Shown piece by piece: positions 26,216 through 40,548 of a DNA stretch of 64,000 nucleotides (within the stretch, counting starts at the first letter, position 1; every line of letters starts with the position of its first letter). The stretch spans positions 36,952,001-37,016,000 of the forward strand of contig OX597818.1 of the NCBI GenBank assembly GCA_951406725.2, read 5' to 3'. The notes beneath the pieces are model-generated. The model was not told the DNA's origin. It did not search any database and saw nothing but the letters and a program-made list of their open reading frames with translations. A program made the translations under genes and the position numbers. This stretch comes from Octopus vulgaris. Its lineage: Eukaryota.

Positions 26216-26784
26216 TTACAACGTGAATATGAAATTTTTGGTTACCCATTTCAAATGTCAATAATGGGTAACCGGAAGGAAAGATAAATCTATTTTTAGT
26301 CAGGAACGAAGAAGAGACGCACAACCACTTCAAGCAACGCCAAAGTTTTGACTGTGTTACGTTCCAGGTGTGTTCAGTAATACGTTAATAGATTTAGCTT
26401 AAAAACGCTCAGATCTTTCCGGGCAACCTCATAATTTAATCTTATATACATACATTTAGAGGTAGACTTATCACCATTCCACGTTTCACATCCACCTTCC
26501 TCTCCTTTTTTTTTTTCTCGTGATTTCTTCTGTACTATCGTCCTGATTTGTAACCTGTATAGGCCAGGCGCTCTGAGCTTGAAGATTACTTGGAGACCCT
26601 AGGCGAGTTATAAAAACTTGTCTAGACCACATCTCTAATGAATGAGACTATTAGCAGCTCATAACTACATTCTGTGTACATAAAACGATATTTATCTCTC
26701 ACCGGATAGAATACTTTTTATCTTACCGTAACAAAAAAGTAAACTATTGATATATACATACAAAGATATTTGTGTGTATGGGGA

Positions 26785-28130
<1,346 letters not shown>

Positions 28131-28142
28131 AAATCCTTAACT

Positions 28143-28373
28143 CCTTAAAAATGATTTAGCCCGAAGGCCGCGGCCATGCTGGGGCACCACCGCTGAATGA
28201 GCTACACTAGTTTGTGAATCCACCTCTGATACTTGATCAACAAGGGAGTTCGATGCTGCTGCCCGCATCCGTGTCTCCTGTCGTGAGGTAGGTTCATCTG
28301 GGACTCCCAACAAGAAGAGATCCAGTTTAGTTTTAAAGAAACCCACATCCACACCGTGTAAGTCTCTCAGGCA
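28143..28373 (-). mobile_element. CR1-clade LINE 3' fragment inside the TA array
   Basis: [27 protein letters not shown]...RAAASNSL; homologous to 53131-53846. Confidence 0.85.
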
Positions 28374-28921
<548 letters not shown>

Positions 28922-29274
28922 CATTATTGTCATTCTCGTGATATACAATATAGCATTCTTTTTATGATGGAAAGCTGTTGTCTGATGGAGATTTAGCTCT
29001 TATTTCTAGCAGAACATCCGACCACATAGACTTCTTTGTGACCACATAGAGGTTTCTTTTTTTCTTTCGTCTGACCATCGTATATTACTGGTATATATTA
29101 TGCTGACTCTTGAAGGATGGAATTCGGCAGATTTTTCATCTCAGAAAGTAAATAAACACATTGCGAAGTGCATGAAGCCATCGCCTTATCAGTTCTGTCA
29201 CTCATCACCATCGGTTATCTAATATATTAAATGTTAACATATGGTCACACATTTTGGTGAGTGCAAAGATGGGT

Positions 29275-29481
29275 TACTTCTCGAGTCCTACCGACTCATA
29301 AGGGCCGGTTTCCCGGTTTACATGGCGTATAAATTCTCCTCCTGGACGGGACGCGGTCCGTCGTAGGATTACTCATTTCTGCCATTTGAGGAGACTGGAG
29401 CAAAGTGAAATGAAGTGTTTTGCTCAAGAACACAATGCATCATGATTCCAGCACCCTAACCACTAATCTACGTCCCTGCAC
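29275..29481 (-). mobile_element. Degenerate copy of the 1148-type SINE
   Basis: gggccggtttcccggttt...ctggacgggacg...gaaatgaagtgttttgctcaagaacacaa. Confidence 0.75.
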
Positions 29482-29574
29482 TTGTGCAAGAATAAAAAAA
29501 TTGTCGATTAAAGTTACCCCTTTATTTCATCCTTGCTTTATTTTATCGCTCCACATCTGCAATTCCAACCTCAA

Positions 29575-29895
29575 AATCTTGGAGGGTCACCAAAGCAATA
29601 AAGTGTAAGCTACAGACCTTTGTCAACAAATGTCGGCAGCATCCTCAAGATTTGGTGCCCGGACAAACTTTCAGACAGAAGTATGTGGGATAGAACAAAC
29701 GAAACTCCGATCAATCAAGAAACTCTGAAAGGGAAAAGGGGTTGGATCGATTACGCTCCAAAGAGACCTCCCAGCAGTGTTGCAAGACAAGTGTTAGACT
29801 GGTAACCGAGAGCAAAGAGGAAAGTTGGACGACCTAAGAAGACCTAGAAAGGATGCGTGGAGGATGAAACGAAAGTAATCGGTCCCTCTTGATCT
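29575..29895 (+). mobile_element. Decayed RTE-like LINE 3' fragment
   Basis: KLQTFVNKC / ILKIWCPDKLSD..MWDRTNETPI...RQVLDW*PRAKRKVGRPKKT. Confidence 0.75.
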
Positions 29896-30460
29896 GAAAT
29901 CAAGAGGTATGCTCGTGTATCTACGTCTATACCAACTGTAAATATATGATGTGCTCAAACAATGAATCCTAAAAGTCCAATTGATTGTATTGCGTAAATT
30001 ATTCCGAGTCTTCCGAAAGTTTCTTTTTTTTTTAAGAATAATGAGAAACAATACGGGAAATCATATCAAATCCTGGTAAAATTAAAATGTATACTTCTGG
30101 GTGTCCAAAAAATCAAAGTAGATGTTGATATAAAATTGGGTCTCCCCCTCTTTTGGATCAAAAAAATGTAGTCCACTTGTATGAAATGGTCACGACGCTA
30201 TGCTCTTTACAGAGCAATGTGGACTAACGAAATAAAGGATGGAAAAGTAAAGCTGACCTTGTGAAGATTTGAATTTAGTATGGTATGAATAGATATAGCA
30301 AAGCCAAACATTGCGTGAGACTCTACCAACCCTGCCATCCCACTACTTTTAGCCTGACGCGACGACTAAAAATAAAATCGGTATTTTTGTGACTACTTCG
30401 TAACGCTTGATCGTTAACTTATGGTATCTACTTATACAAACATTTAATGACCAATGCATA

Positions 30461-30834
30461 GGTGCAGGAGTGGCTGCGTGGTAAGTAGCTTGCTTACCAA
30501 CCACATGGTTCCGGGTTCATTCCCACTGCGTGGCACCTTGGGCAACTGTCTTCTACTGTAGCCTCGGGCCGACCAAAGCCTTGTGAGTGGATTTGGTAGA
30601 CGGAAACTGAAAGAAGCCCGTCGTATATATATGTATTTATATATATATGTATGTGTGTGTATATGTTTGTGTGTCTGTGTTTGTACCCCCAACATCGTTT
30701 AACTTAAGGGTTCGGTAAAAGAAACTAATAGAATAAGTACTAGGCTTACAAAGAATAAGTCCTGGGGTCGATTTGCTCGACTAAAGGCGGTGCTCCAGCA
30801 TGGCTGCAGTCAAATGACTGAAACAAGTAAAAGA
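30461..30834 (+). mobile_element. SINE family A
   Basis: Head to tail with a small internal deletion. Confidence 0.9.
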
Positions 30835-30869
30835 ATTATATATCTATATATATATATATATATATATAT

Positions 30870-31033
30870 ACGACATGCTTCTTTCAGTTTCCGTCTACCA
30901 AATCTTCTCACAAGGATTTTGGTCGGCCCGTGACTATAGTAGAAGACACTTGCTCAAGGTGGCACGCAGTGAGACTGAATCCGGAATTGTATGATTGGGA
31001 AGAAAGCTTCTTATCACACAGTCATGCCTGCCC
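30870..31033 (-). mobile_element. SINE family A, 5' half, inverted relative to its neighbour
   Basis: cttctttcagtttccgtctaccaaat...agaagacacttgctcaaggtg. Confidence 0.85.
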
Positions 31034-31605
31034 CTATTTAAGCGAAATATTTTCACGATTGTACAATAGTTTACAATATCACATTTTCTTCCTATTTCGG
31101 GGGGGGGGTCGGTAATCAACTTCAAAATAGAGAGGTTCAACTGTCAAGTTGAAAAGGCTTAAAATATATTGGGGCAATTTTTTGAACAACTTTTGAAAAT
31201 GAAACGAAGAAAGTATTAGAGTATGGGTTAATTGATGGGTGTCCAGTAGAACACGTAAGTATGTATTCACGTTAAGGAAAATATGGGAAGAGGTTTATTA
31301 TTTTGGTTCGGAGATAAAACCAAGTATGTGTGTGTTTATGTGAATGTGTATGAATAGATGTAAGAAAACGTGAGTGTATTTATACCTGCGTATCTTTCTA
31401 CATATATAGGGAATATATATATATATGTATGTATGGATGTGTGTGCCTGTGTACCTTTACAGGTGTCTATTCCGCAAGGTAATTGCTTCTTTATGTACGT
31501 ATGTATATACATATGCGTGTGTATGTATGTGTATATATATATATATATATATAATATCATATCATAATATTACCTATGATATATATTAATACACTCATAT
31601 ATATA

Positions 31606-31637
<32 letters not shown>

Positions 31638-31864
31638 AGGTATTTGTATATGTCTCTCTATATATATCGTATAAATGTATATATTTTATTTATAAATATA
31701 TTGTTATATATGTTATATATATTTATATCTATATACGTATATATATGCATATAGAGATATATAATACATATATAAATAAATATACATACATGTATATGCG
31801 TGTGTATATGTATGTGCATATATATATATATATATATAACAAGAGTGTGAAAGTAGCCATATGT

Positions 31865-31906
<42 letters not shown>

Positions 31907-31971
31907 CCATAGATATACACATGCACACACGCTGACACATTCATACACAGAGAGACGCTCACACACATACA

Positions 31972-32006
<35 letters not shown>

Positions 32007-32504
32007 GCACACTCATACACACATGTATGTATATGCCTGCGTAGACGAACGAATAAACGTACACCAGTGAATGCAAGAGCGAAGCATTGTTATAAGAAGC
32101 TGTGCTGAACATAAAATATCGGCCACAGTCACCATAGTGAGACGTATCTATTTTGTACGTCTACAGTTCTTGCTTGTCAAAGCCTACTCTCATCTCGAGT
32201 CTGTTCAGCTTTTTAGCTTCCGTGGTTCATCTGGTGTGTGTTCCTCGTCGTCATCGTCGTTGTATTCGTCGTCATCATCATCATCATCGCCGTTGTCATC
32301 GTCATTTTTGCTGTTATTGTTGCCTTTTCGTTTCTCTATGCTTACTGTTTTTTTTTGTTTTTTTTTTTGCTTTTTGTTGCCATTGTTATTTTTTTTTGCT
32401 GTTCTTTAAAATTGTCATCTTCAACATTTGCATATCACATAGAAAACACATAGTAAGATAGCAAAGCTCTAGGACAATTGGCTCTAATTTCTCTTTTCTT
32501 TCTT

Positions 32505-32781
32505 CATATCATCATCATCATCATCATCATCATCATTATCGTCGTCGTTGTCATCATAATCATTATCGTCGTCATCATCATCGTCGTTGTCGTCGTCGTC
32601 ATCATCGTCGTTGTCGTCATCGTCATTATTATTATTATTATCATTATCATCATCATCCTTATTATCATTGTCACCATCCTCCTCCTTCTCCTCATCATCA
32701 TCATTTATCTCTTTACTCTTTCGTCGCCCTGGTTGAAAATTAAAGAAATTTATTATCATCATTATTATTATTATTATTATT
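32505..32781. repeat. Compound (ATC/GTC/ATT)n trinucleotide repeat
   Basis: Direct inspection. Confidence 0.9.
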
Positions 32782-33320
32782 CAGTAGTTTTATTTTTATT
32801 TTTATAGCGTGCTTTCACTTCACTACCGAGCGCAGCTCTGTGTGCCTTGGGTATGTGCTGTGATTTGTTGTGATGCTCTGATGGTTATTGTATGGAAAGT
32901 GTTCTGCGTAGGATGTGTGCAGTGCCTAGTAGTGCAATTTTCTGTATGTTATATGTGTTTGTAAGTCCTGGTGTTTTTGTTATGTATTTGTCTGAATATT
33001 TTTTTATCATGCCTAATGCACCTACTATGATAGGAATTGTTTCTGTTTTCAGATTCCACATTCTAGTTACCTCTATTTCCAGGTCTTTGTATTTTTAGAG
33101 TTTCTCCATTTCTTTTAGAGACACGTTGTCATCTGCCGGTACTGATACATCAATTAGAAAGCATCTTTTTTCTTCATGGTCTCTGACAACTATATCTGGT
33201 CTGTTGGCCTTAATTTCTCTATCTGTGTGTATTGGCATATCCCAGAGTATGGTTGCTTTCTCGTTTTCTGTGACCTTTTCTGGTGTGTGCCTATACCATC
33301 TTTTTTCTGTTGTTATTCCT
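32782..33320 (-). mobile_element. R4/Dong-like LINE 3' end (restriction-like endonuclease domain plus 3' UTR) between (TAA)n arrays
   Basis: WYRHTPEKVTENEKATILWD..ANRPDIVV..LIDVSVP..KYKDL..IPIIVGALG..IALLGTAHILRRTL*, one premature stop. Confidence 0.92.
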
Positions 33321-33329
33321 TATTATTAC

Positions 33330-33380
<51 letters not shown>

Positions 33381-33440
33381 CATTATCGTCATCATTATCA
33401 TTATCACCATTATTATTATTTATTATTATTATCATTATTA

Positions 33441-33486
<46 letters not shown>

Positions 33487-33574
33487 CATCATCATCATCG
33501 TCATCATCATCATTATCATTATCACCATTATTATTATTTATCATTATTATTATTATTATCATTATTATTATTAT
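33321..33574. repeat. (TTA/TCA)n array
   Basis: Direct inspection. Confidence 0.95.
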
Positions 33575-33987
33575 TCACGTTGTACATCTTCGGCGTAATC
33601 ATATGATTTTTTGAAGACGATGGCAGGCGTGTAGTGAGTGTATAGTTAGTTTTTAAGTCCCAAAGAGAAGAGAAAGTCGTTTCAGATACGCATTTCAAAC
33701 TAAAGAACACTTAACCTTTCACTTTCAACCTGTCGTTGTTTATTTGCTCAGCAGACGACAAGACATAAGTGACGAATCTGGTGAATGTTCAAATCAGGTG
33801 ATATATTGAACAGTACGCAAAGAAAAAAAAATTGAAATTCCTAAATAATTATAATTCCCGAGTACGAGAAAGAACAGAAATAAAAGGAGGAAATAAATTC
33901 AAAAATTATAAAGTAATCTCTCAAAGTTAATTTACATGTTTTGGAGAAGGAATTTGTTTGCAGGCCAAGGATTACCTCATCAACATA

Positions 33988-34465
33988 CCGTAAATCCTCG
34001 AGTATAATCCGCATTTTTTTCCCAAAATTTAAAGGTCAAAATCTCTAGTGCGTACTATATACGTGGTTAAAAATGAAAGTTATTTTCTAAGCAATGTCCG
34101 AGTCTCGATTTGCTGTCCGGCAATGTTTATTCAGACGCATTTTGTGATGTCGGGCTCGAAAATACCTTAAAGTAAGCCTGAAAGCAATGAAGTCATAAAG
34201 GAATCATCCATAACATGCAGTAAGCAACATTTATTAAAAGTTATTACTGTAATTTCTTTATTTTCTGCAAACAAAATGCACAAAAAAGCTACACGTTTGC
34301 ATTATGTTATATTTATACAATAATAATAAAGGATGTTACCGTATACATTTTTATAAACCAAGGACGTTATATAGACCTCCTTGACTCAAGTTAGAAAAGG
34401 GGTGCGTATTATACACAGGTTTAAGTTTTTCAGTGCTACAGCCCCCTATACTCGAGGATTTACGG
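33988..34465. mobile_element. Tc2/pogo-like MITE
   Basis: Perfect 19-bp TIRs ccgtaaatcctcgagtata / tatactcgaggatttacgg with TA on both sides. Confidence 0.9.
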
Positions 34466-34579
34466 TAATATAAGCGAACCTATCTTTGATTTAAGAAAAA
34501 AAAATACGGATAAACATTTTAAAAATGCATTACGAACAGTTTTGGCCAAAGTATTTTGCATAAGTGAAAAATTATTATA

Positions 34580-34781
34580 GTTAAGAGATGAGGAATTATG
34601 TACATTATTTACATTTGACGGATATTTCCCCTCATCCTGTTTGTTGTTAACTCAACATTTCGGCTGACATACCCTCTAGCCTTCATCAGGTGTCTTGGGG
34701 AAATTTCGAACCTGGGTTCTCATTTCTAACAACAAATAAGACGAGGACAAATATCGTCAAATGTAAATAATGTAAATAATT
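34580..34781 (-). mobile_element. Penelope-like inverted pseudo-LTR with hammerhead motif
   Basis: Arms ~34595-34650 and ~34727-34780 are inverted; minus strand acac-CTGATGA-a-ggct...agcc-GAAA-tg-TT at 34693-34654. Confidence 0.75.
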
Positions 34782-35249
34782 ATATAATGAACTGAAGGAA
34801 TTAACTCAAGTAGGCCAGTGACGTAAATTCAAATAATTAAGACAACGGGTGATGTAATGGATACCGTCCATAAAGATATTTTTAATTAAAATTTGCCTTT
34901 TATTTGGACAACAAAAACAAATTTCCTATCTTAAAAAATATTGAGATTTATGACCTCAAAGTCAGTGGAAAGTTTCGTCGCTGTTTGCAAGTAAAGAACA
35001 ACTATGCTTTCTTTATTTTATTCTTCTTTTTTTTTCTTAAATTACAGAAGATTGGAAATGCATGACACTGCTTATATGACAGTGACATTCCTTTACAGCT
35101 TCTCACATAGTGTCATGGCAAGGACACAGAAATACACTCACACATGCTCATTCTCTTGGGATTTTTTTCTTCCTTTTTTGTTTTGTCTGGACAACTTTAT
35201 AAAGTTAGACATTTACATTTGTGGAACAAATGTAAAAAAAGTATGTATG

Positions 35250-35457
35250 TATGTATGTGTGTATATGTTTGTGTGTCTGTGTTTCCCCCCCCCCCCCCCA
35301 ACATCGCTTGACAACCAATGCTGGTATGTTTACGTCTCCGGTAGAATAAGTACTAGGCTTACAAAGAATAAGTCCTGGGGTCGATTTGCTCGACTGAAAG
35401 CGGTGCTCCAGCATGGCCACAGTCACATGACTGAAACAAGTAAAAGAGAAAAGAGTA
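35250..35457 (+). mobile_element. SINE family A, 3' half
   Basis: Matches 25830-26050. Confidence 0.85.
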
Positions 35458-35524
35458 ACATGATGAGGTTGATGAAGAAAACTAACAATTTGTTCATTAT
35501 ATTATTTTACCTGTTTCCGTCACC

Positions 35525-35970
35525 TGCTGGCCACCCGAACGGTCGCGGGCTTGTCTAAGCTTACGTATAAGGAACGTCTCCAACGTCTAGCATTACCTTC
35601 ACTCGAACGACGAAGGATGCAGGGATATCTCATTCTGGCTTTCAACATCTTCAACGGGAATGTAAACCTACCATTTGCGGAGTTTTTCACCCCTGCGCCG
35701 GGTAGGGGTCTTCGTAGGCATGATCGCAAACTCTATCCCCGACACTTTCGACTCAACAGGCGGAAAGCCGCATTCTCCGTCCGTTTCGCAGCCCCGTGGA
35801 ATAAGCTACCACAAAATGTCATTCAACTGCCCACCACTCCCCTGTTCAAAGAGGCTCTGAACAACTGTGGCGACTATGTATAAAACTGTATATTGCAACA
35901 TTTTTTTCTTTTTTTACATGGCTTAAGCACACTGTGCTCTTCTCCTGCCTATAAATTTGATTTGGTTTGA
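35525..35970 (+). mobile_element. CR1-clade LINE 3' fragment
   Basis: LTYKERLQRLALPSLERRR..LRRHDRKL..FSVR...WNKLP; (tttga)-type tail. Confidence 0.88.
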
Positions 35971-36271
35971 TGTTTCGGTTTTTTAGGTCTTATCAGTATA
36001 ATATAACCTAAACAAACCTGCCAAGAAGTTGAAGAATACTTTTACGTATAAACTCAGAATTACGAATTATTTTTGTTCAATATATTTAAATGGGATGGAA
36101 TGTCAGAATTTATCTAATACCAAACTTATTTTATTGAACATTGGATTAACATTTTCCAAGGTAGTATCAATAAAAATATTAATATAGTACCGGACTAATT
36201 AACCAGCAAACTTAGGGGTGGAAGTGTCCCAGATTTCTAGATTTTTCGGTTTCCTAGAGACAATCTAAATA

Positions 36272-37194
36272 CAGAGTGTCCATAAAGTCTCTTTACAATT
36301 TTAAAATTTTATTACAAAGGCAGTTGACAAGATATCTTAACCAGATTTGTTTTATTGTAATAATTGTTTATTAAAGTGTTTTTTTAACTGTTATTTAATA
36401 GACCTCAATATGGACACCATTAGTTGCGCGAAGCACATCAAGACGGTACTCGATTTTTTGCCATGTTCGCTGTAGGACAGTCTCATCAACGGTGGCAATG
36501 GCATTACAAATTCATTGCTTCAAGTCAGCAATGTCCCGTATCTTTGTTTGATACACAATATCTTTTACATAACCCCATAAAACGAAGTCCAAAGGAGTAA
36601 TATCTGGCGAACGTGATGGCCATGGAATTGGCCCATCACTTCCAATCCATCGGTCTGTAAATGTTTGATTAAGGAACTGACGAACATGTCGTCCCCAAAG
36701 TGGTGGTGCACCATCTTGCTGGAAAAGGATGGCTGGTTGTAAATCAATCAGTTGTGGTGCCACATATTCGGTCAGAAGGTCGAGGTAAATATCTGCTGTA
36801 ATTGTTACCTCGTTGAAGAAAAATGGACCTATTATTCGATTGCACATGATTCCACACCACACATTCACTTTTGGATATCCCGTTGAAACTCCCTAGTCAC
36901 ATGGGGGTGTTCTGATCCCCAGATTCTCACATTGTGTCTGTTTAATTTCCCTGAAACATGAAAAGTCGCCTCGTCACTAAAACAAACTCGCTTGAGGAAT
37001 GCTTCTTCCTCATTTTATACGGATTCAGTGAATCAGCTCCCTTCCATTAACAGAGTATCTGAAACACAAAAATTTAATATCAATAACAACTTTAATAAAC
37101 AATTATTAAAATAAAATAAATCTGATTAACATATCTCATCAACTGCCTTTATAATAATCTTTTTAAATGGTAAAGAAACTTTATGGACACCCTG
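36272..37194 (-). mobile_element. DD41D (rosa/Visitor) Tc1-mariner element, internally deleted
   Basis: ~100-bp imperfect TIRs (cagagtgtccataaagt / actttatggacaccctg) with TA flanks; FSDEATF...QQDGAPP...WPSRSPDITPLDF with 41 residues between the second and third D. Confidence 0.9.
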
Positions 37195-37480
37195 TATATT
37201 TAAAATATAAAATAAAGGCTCTGTTTGATATTTATTAATCCACATAAAATTCTTGAAATATATCTTACTGCATCATGTATACTGCATAAAGTTTTACAGG
37301 ATGAAATTTAAACGAAGAAAAGTATGAGCATGATTTTCTTTAACAGATACAGGTACAAATTGACACAATTCTAAAGCAGAGAGTGTTTAATCTTTATCAG
37401 TCCACTTAAAAAATAAAGAACAAAGTTATTTTTAACCAACTTCAAAAACAAAGTGTTTTTTTTCTGTACAGGAAACAGAA

Positions 37481-37733
37481 GTGGAGGTGCGTGGCTTAGT
37501 GTTTAGGGTGCCAGCACCGTGATCGTAAGATTGTGGTTTCGATTCCTGGACCGGGCGACGCGTTGTGTTCTTGAGCAAAACACTTCATTTCACGTTGCTC
37601 CAGTCCACTCAGCTGGCAAAAATGAGTAACGCTGCGATGGACTGGCGTCCCATCCAGCTGGGGAACACATACGCCATAGAAACCGGGCCCATGAGCCTTG
37701 CTAGGCTTTAAAAGGGCTCATTTATTTTATTTT
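37481..37733 (+). mobile_element. tRNA-derived SINE, same family as 1148-1412
   Basis: Near-identical sequence with A and B boxes. Confidence 0.9.
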
Positions 37734-38369
37734 ACAAGATACAGTATATAGCACAATATTGCACAGTATTCCCGGGTTTCTGGAAGCCATATAAAAGGAT
37801 TTGTACTGTATATGATAAATGATAATGCAGCAATTGACGGTAGCACTCATAAAACAAATCATGTGAGAGTTGTTTGTTTATACATGAGAGAATTAATAAA
37901 ATACTAAAAGGGACCTCGAAAACTGAGATAGGACTATAGCCCACACAACTTACCACAGAGGCACGCAGTCAATTGCCATCGATAGGTACTTAACATTTAA
38001 ATATTTCAATGACCTTCTCTTTTCAGTGAAACGCCAGCATTATTTCTAGCAGAATTCACTGAGCTCACATTTTACATCTTATCAATAAATATAGTTTTTC
38101 TGGTGTCTCTTTGGCCTGTGTGCTGCATGCACTTAAGAGCATATGAGTATATGAGTGTGTGCGTATGTTTTGCAGAGAGAGAGAGAGAGAGAAAGAAAGA
38201 GAGAGAGAGAGAAAGAAAGAGAGAGAGAGAGTGAGTAGGTGTCAGTCACATGCTTTCACACGCATAACAACCCTTAGTCTATGGCTGTATTTGGTGTCTA
38301 TAATGACCACTTATCTGTAAATCACCTGCAACAATCTTGAGTGATACACATACACATAAATATACTAAT

Positions 38370-38580
38370 AATCCTTTCTGTTATAGACACAAGGCCTGAA
38401 ATTTGGGGGAGGAGGATAGTTGATTACATCGACTCCCACTGCTCAGCTGTTGTTTATTTTATCGACCACAAAAAGGCAAAATCGACCCCGGCAGAATTTG
38501 AACTCAGAACGTAAAGATAGACCAAATGCCGCTATGCATTTTGCTCGGCACTTTAACAATTCTGCTAGTTTACCGCCATT
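38370..38580 (-). mobile_element. Degenerate SINE family M
   Basis: ggcaaaatcgaccccggcagaatttgaactcagaacg. Confidence 0.65.
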
Positions 38581-38586
38581 TTTTTT

Positions 38587-38754
38587 TGTCAAGGGCTTAA
38601 ATACCCCAATATTAGACTATTTTCTTTAGTCAATACACTATGAACGCTTATACTCTTAAAGCTTATTCTATATGCTAAAAATAATACGCTTTAAGTGTTC
38701 ACAGTGTATTGACTAAAGAAAGTAGTCTAATGTTGAGGTATATGAGCCCATGAC
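38587..38754. repeat. Imperfect fold-back (~65-bp arms)
   Basis: ttagactattttctttagtcaatacact / agtgtattgactaaagaaagtagtctaa. Confidence 0.85.
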
Positions 38755-38928
38755 AGAAAACAATGTGGGTATTAGTACACGTAGTACACGTGTGGGAAAG
38801 GAAGACACACCTCGTATATCCGCGTTAAGTGAGCTAACCGATTACACCAACCTACACACGGATTTTTTTCCCGTTAGATTTTAGAACTATAATGTTCATT
38901 GTGTTGTGTAAACAAACAAACAAACATG

Positions 38929-39168
38929 TGCGTTCTATTGTGTCTGTGGAGAGTCATTTTTTTTGTGCCTACTTTAGCATACTCACCGGTAAAATTTCCA
39001 CTTATTTCTTATTTTTATTTTCCTAAAATTTTCGTTGCATCTTGCAATCTTTTCAACGAAAATTTTAGGAAAATAAAAATAAGAAAAAAGTGGAAATTTT
39101 ACCGGTGAGTGTGTTACATTATAAGGCACAACAAGAAAATGACTCCCCCCAGACACAACAGAAAATGC
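38929..39168. repeat. Fold-back with near-perfect inner arms (38981-39110)
   Basis: actcaccggtaaaatttccac...cgttg / caacg...gtggaaattttaccggtgagt; outer arms diverged. Confidence 0.88.
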
Positions 39169-40183
39169 TTCAAAACACGAACTCATATAAAGAATCTTGC
39201 AAACCAAATCCAAAAACAAAACATGGGTGTATTCTGCGTTTAATAATATCGGCAATAGTGAAGGTCAGAATAATGAAAAGCTTCTACTTCTAATGTGATA
39301 TACTGGTGCCTCTGTAGCACGAATGTCTGCCATTTTGGTGTAATAGTCTACTGGTGTTTTGCAGGACTATCAGCTCTTTTATTTGGAGTTTATACCACTA
39401 CCATTACTGGAACCAGAGGCTATACATCCGCTTGTTTGGAACAAAGTATGACTAAACTGGGATGCTTGTTGGAGGAAGAAACTTCCAAAAGAAACATTCT
39501 GAGGAGTGCAGGTATGATAGTATGTTTAAGAATTTTGCTTTACTACCAAGATCTTCCTTTGCAACATTCTGTGAAGTCGATTTTGATCTTTCTGAACGGC
39601 ACCTTCCTTTACGACAGTTTTGGGGCGACCTGAGCTTTGTGAATGAAATTTTGAAGAGAGAAAATGTAAGCGAGAAGGTCAGGTGGTACATGACACATTA
39701 TGGTTACTGTTACTATTCTGTTTCCATCAATCAGTTTAGAACCAGCACACGAGACCGTGCATGGAGACTCATAGAGAGCCATAACTGAGTTCACTCGGTT
39801 GTCACTATTATAACTAGGTGTACAGTCTATGCTAACCTATGAATTACACTTCTTTCTTTGTAATACCAGCCTTGAAAGCCCTAAAAATGGTCTTGGGTGC
39901 TTCATTCTTTCTCTGATTAAACAATAAAAAGAAACCTCTGGTGAGAAACGTGGTAGGGATTATAATAGTTTTAGAAACCTTTACGCAGTGAATATATTAT
40001 CATGCATATGTGAATGAATATATATATATATACGCAGATGTTAACATATATATTTATACTTATATTCATATACGCATAAATACATGCTACCTGACACTCT
40101 GCTTTGAAATTTGATGGCCTCTTAAAGTCTGTATTGTGAAACAACGTTGATGAGACACGAACATATTAAAAACTGAACATTAG

Positions 40184-40258
<75 letters not shown>

Positions 40259-40314
40259 CGTATATATATATGTGTGTGTGTATTTATTCATATATGTACT
40301 TGCAAGTGTGAGCG

Positions 40315-40350
<36 letters not shown>

Positions 40351-40354
<4 letters not shown>

Positions 40355-40548
40355 ATCCAAACATGAAAACACAAAGAGAAAACACAACAACGCGAGGACG
40401 TGGAACAAGTATAGTGTTATTGGACGCTCAGGAAAGGAAAGAAAGGAGGAGGACTTAACGTTTCGAGCGGAGCTCTTCGTCAGAAACATAGAAAAAAGAA
40501 AGATCCAAGGAAGGGAAGACGGAGGAAAAAAATCGCCAACGATACACA
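40351..40548 (-). mobile_element. (TA)n-anchored hammerhead element, family A
   Basis: Minus strand gttt-CTGACGA-a-gagc-tcc-gctc-GAAA-cg-TT-aagt (40487-40453); four more copies at 54.5-56.9 kb. Confidence 0.8.
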
